DNA from: Macrostomum lignano
Lineage: Eukaryota
Length of the DNA: 64,000 nucleotides
NCBI GenBank assembly: GCA_002269645.1
Contig: NIVC01000132.1
Coordinates: 310,001-374,000, forward strand
Reading direction: 5' to 3'
Each line of letters starts with the position of its first letter. The first letter of the stretch is position 1. The translations under genes were made by a program, and so were the position numbers. The notes under the pieces were generated by a model that made no database searches, was not told where the DNA came from, and worked only from the letters and a program-made list of their open reading frames with translations. Below, one piece after another: positions 62,910-64,000 of the stretch.

Positions 62910-64000
62910 CTAAGCTTTCTCTTTCGGAGCTTTGCTAATCTTAGCCTTCTTGTTAGCTGGGGTTAGTGGCAGAGGCGGCGGCGGTAGAGGCACAGATGTG
63001 GCAGATGCTGCTGGTCGAGATGCCCCTCGTTTTTGTCCTGCTGGAGGTGCAGCTGAATCTTCCTGCTCAACCTCAGACAAGAGGCGTTTAGCGTGAGCCA
63101 TATATTCCATGGCTAGCTTTCGCTTCGTAGCAAGCTTCTGCGCCTTTGCCTTGTCAGCCTCCACTTTCTTTTGGGCTCTCTCGACTTGAGCAGCCTTTTC
63201 CTTTTCAGCAACTGCAGCAGCAGCTGCTGCTTCTGCCTCCTTCTCCTGTTGCTCGTGCACCTTTAAATACCTCTTGTACGCAACACTCGACTGCCGGGCA
63301 CATTCACGCATGGCTTCCTTTATTACAATCGACTCGCTGGTAATGCTGCAAGCAGCGCAGAAGGTTTGAACGGTCATTATGCCGTTAAGCGATGGATCCT
63401 GCAGCCGGTTGCGGTCCTTTCGCAAAATTCGACTCAGTTTGCTAAATTGACGCTCAATGTCGGCATTTCCATGAGGCAGGATCAGTGTTTTTCGAGCGAG
63501 TTCTGCCAGAATCGGATAATCACCTGAAGCCTGCAATTTGTCCCACAGCAGCTCGACGCGTCGAGGCTCGTCCTTCAGTTGCTCAGTGACTGGCAGCTGC
63601 TTCTGCAGCCGAATCGCCGCCACTCCAAACGCAGTGCATCAGCATCCTGCGTGTTGAGTACATGCAGCCGGCGCGCCATGTAACACAGCTGCTGTTCAGT
63701 AATAGTAGCAGCCTCGGTTAAAAACGGGTTGGCAAAGGCTGCAGCTTGAATAATTCTCAGCTTAAGCGGCAAGTAGTGGAACAATGCTGCCAACAGTGTC
63801 GAGTAGAACAGGCGTACTCGGTTGTAAAATAACGAACGCTGGAAGTTCGTCACTGTCTCGGATGTCAGAACTTTGCGAGCGACTTCGCCGATGATGAGCT
63901 CTCGATCAGGTAGCTGCTGCGAACGCTCCGCGTTAGCTAAATCCTGCAGCTGTTCTGCAGCTTCTATACACTGCTTCCGAAGAAAACAGCTTGCCACAGA
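62910..64000 (-). CDS. hAT transposase C-terminal part, frameshift at ~63610
   Basis: hAT dimerisation motif LWDKL...YPILAELARKTLILPHGNADIERQFS. Two overlapping ORFs join as LRLEWRRF/RLQKQLP. Confidence 0.85.

Larger units (their letters stand above)
61479..64000 (-). mobile_element. 3' portion of a hAT DNA transposon (extends beyond the window)
   Basis: Transposase C-terminus on the minus strand. Candidate terminus CAGGGCTTGAAAAAA at 61479, preceded by GTTTCTAC (fits the nTnnnnAn hAT target preference). The other end is not visible. Confidence 0.55.

Overview
Eukaryotic, animal-type genomic DNA; there are no prokaryotic features and no CRISPR. GC-rich exons, Ala/Gln/Gly low-complexity proteins and very dense minisatellites suggest a flatworm such as Macrostomum (inference from composition only). 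About 30% of the window (roughly 19-20 kb by my tally) is tandem repeat, and most long ORFs in the track are artefacts of those repeats. By joining GT-AG exons with matching phases I built three + strand genes, none with a family I can name: (1) a probable secreted Cys-rich glycoprotein with at least 8 exons (~5.7-32.7 kb); (2) a ~950-aa multi-pass membrane protein with a polyQ tail (~43.0-46.9 kb); (3) a 130-aa three-exon orphan (51990-54085). Mobile elements: a complete, very young Mag-type Ty3/Gypsy retrotransposon (55011-59584; identical 179-bp LTRs, AGGAC TSD); the 3' part of a hAT transposase running off the right edge; a 793-bp TIR element; two inverted tRNA-derived SINEs flanking four exons of gene 1; and two nested hAT-type MITEs. 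The nested MITEs are the most informative structure, because each copy has expanded a different internal segment into a minisatellite. Three coding frameshifts can each be repaired by adding one base to a short homopolymer, which points to assembly error. I found no clearly new enzymatic system; the novelty lies in repeat/TE architecture and uncharacterised genes.
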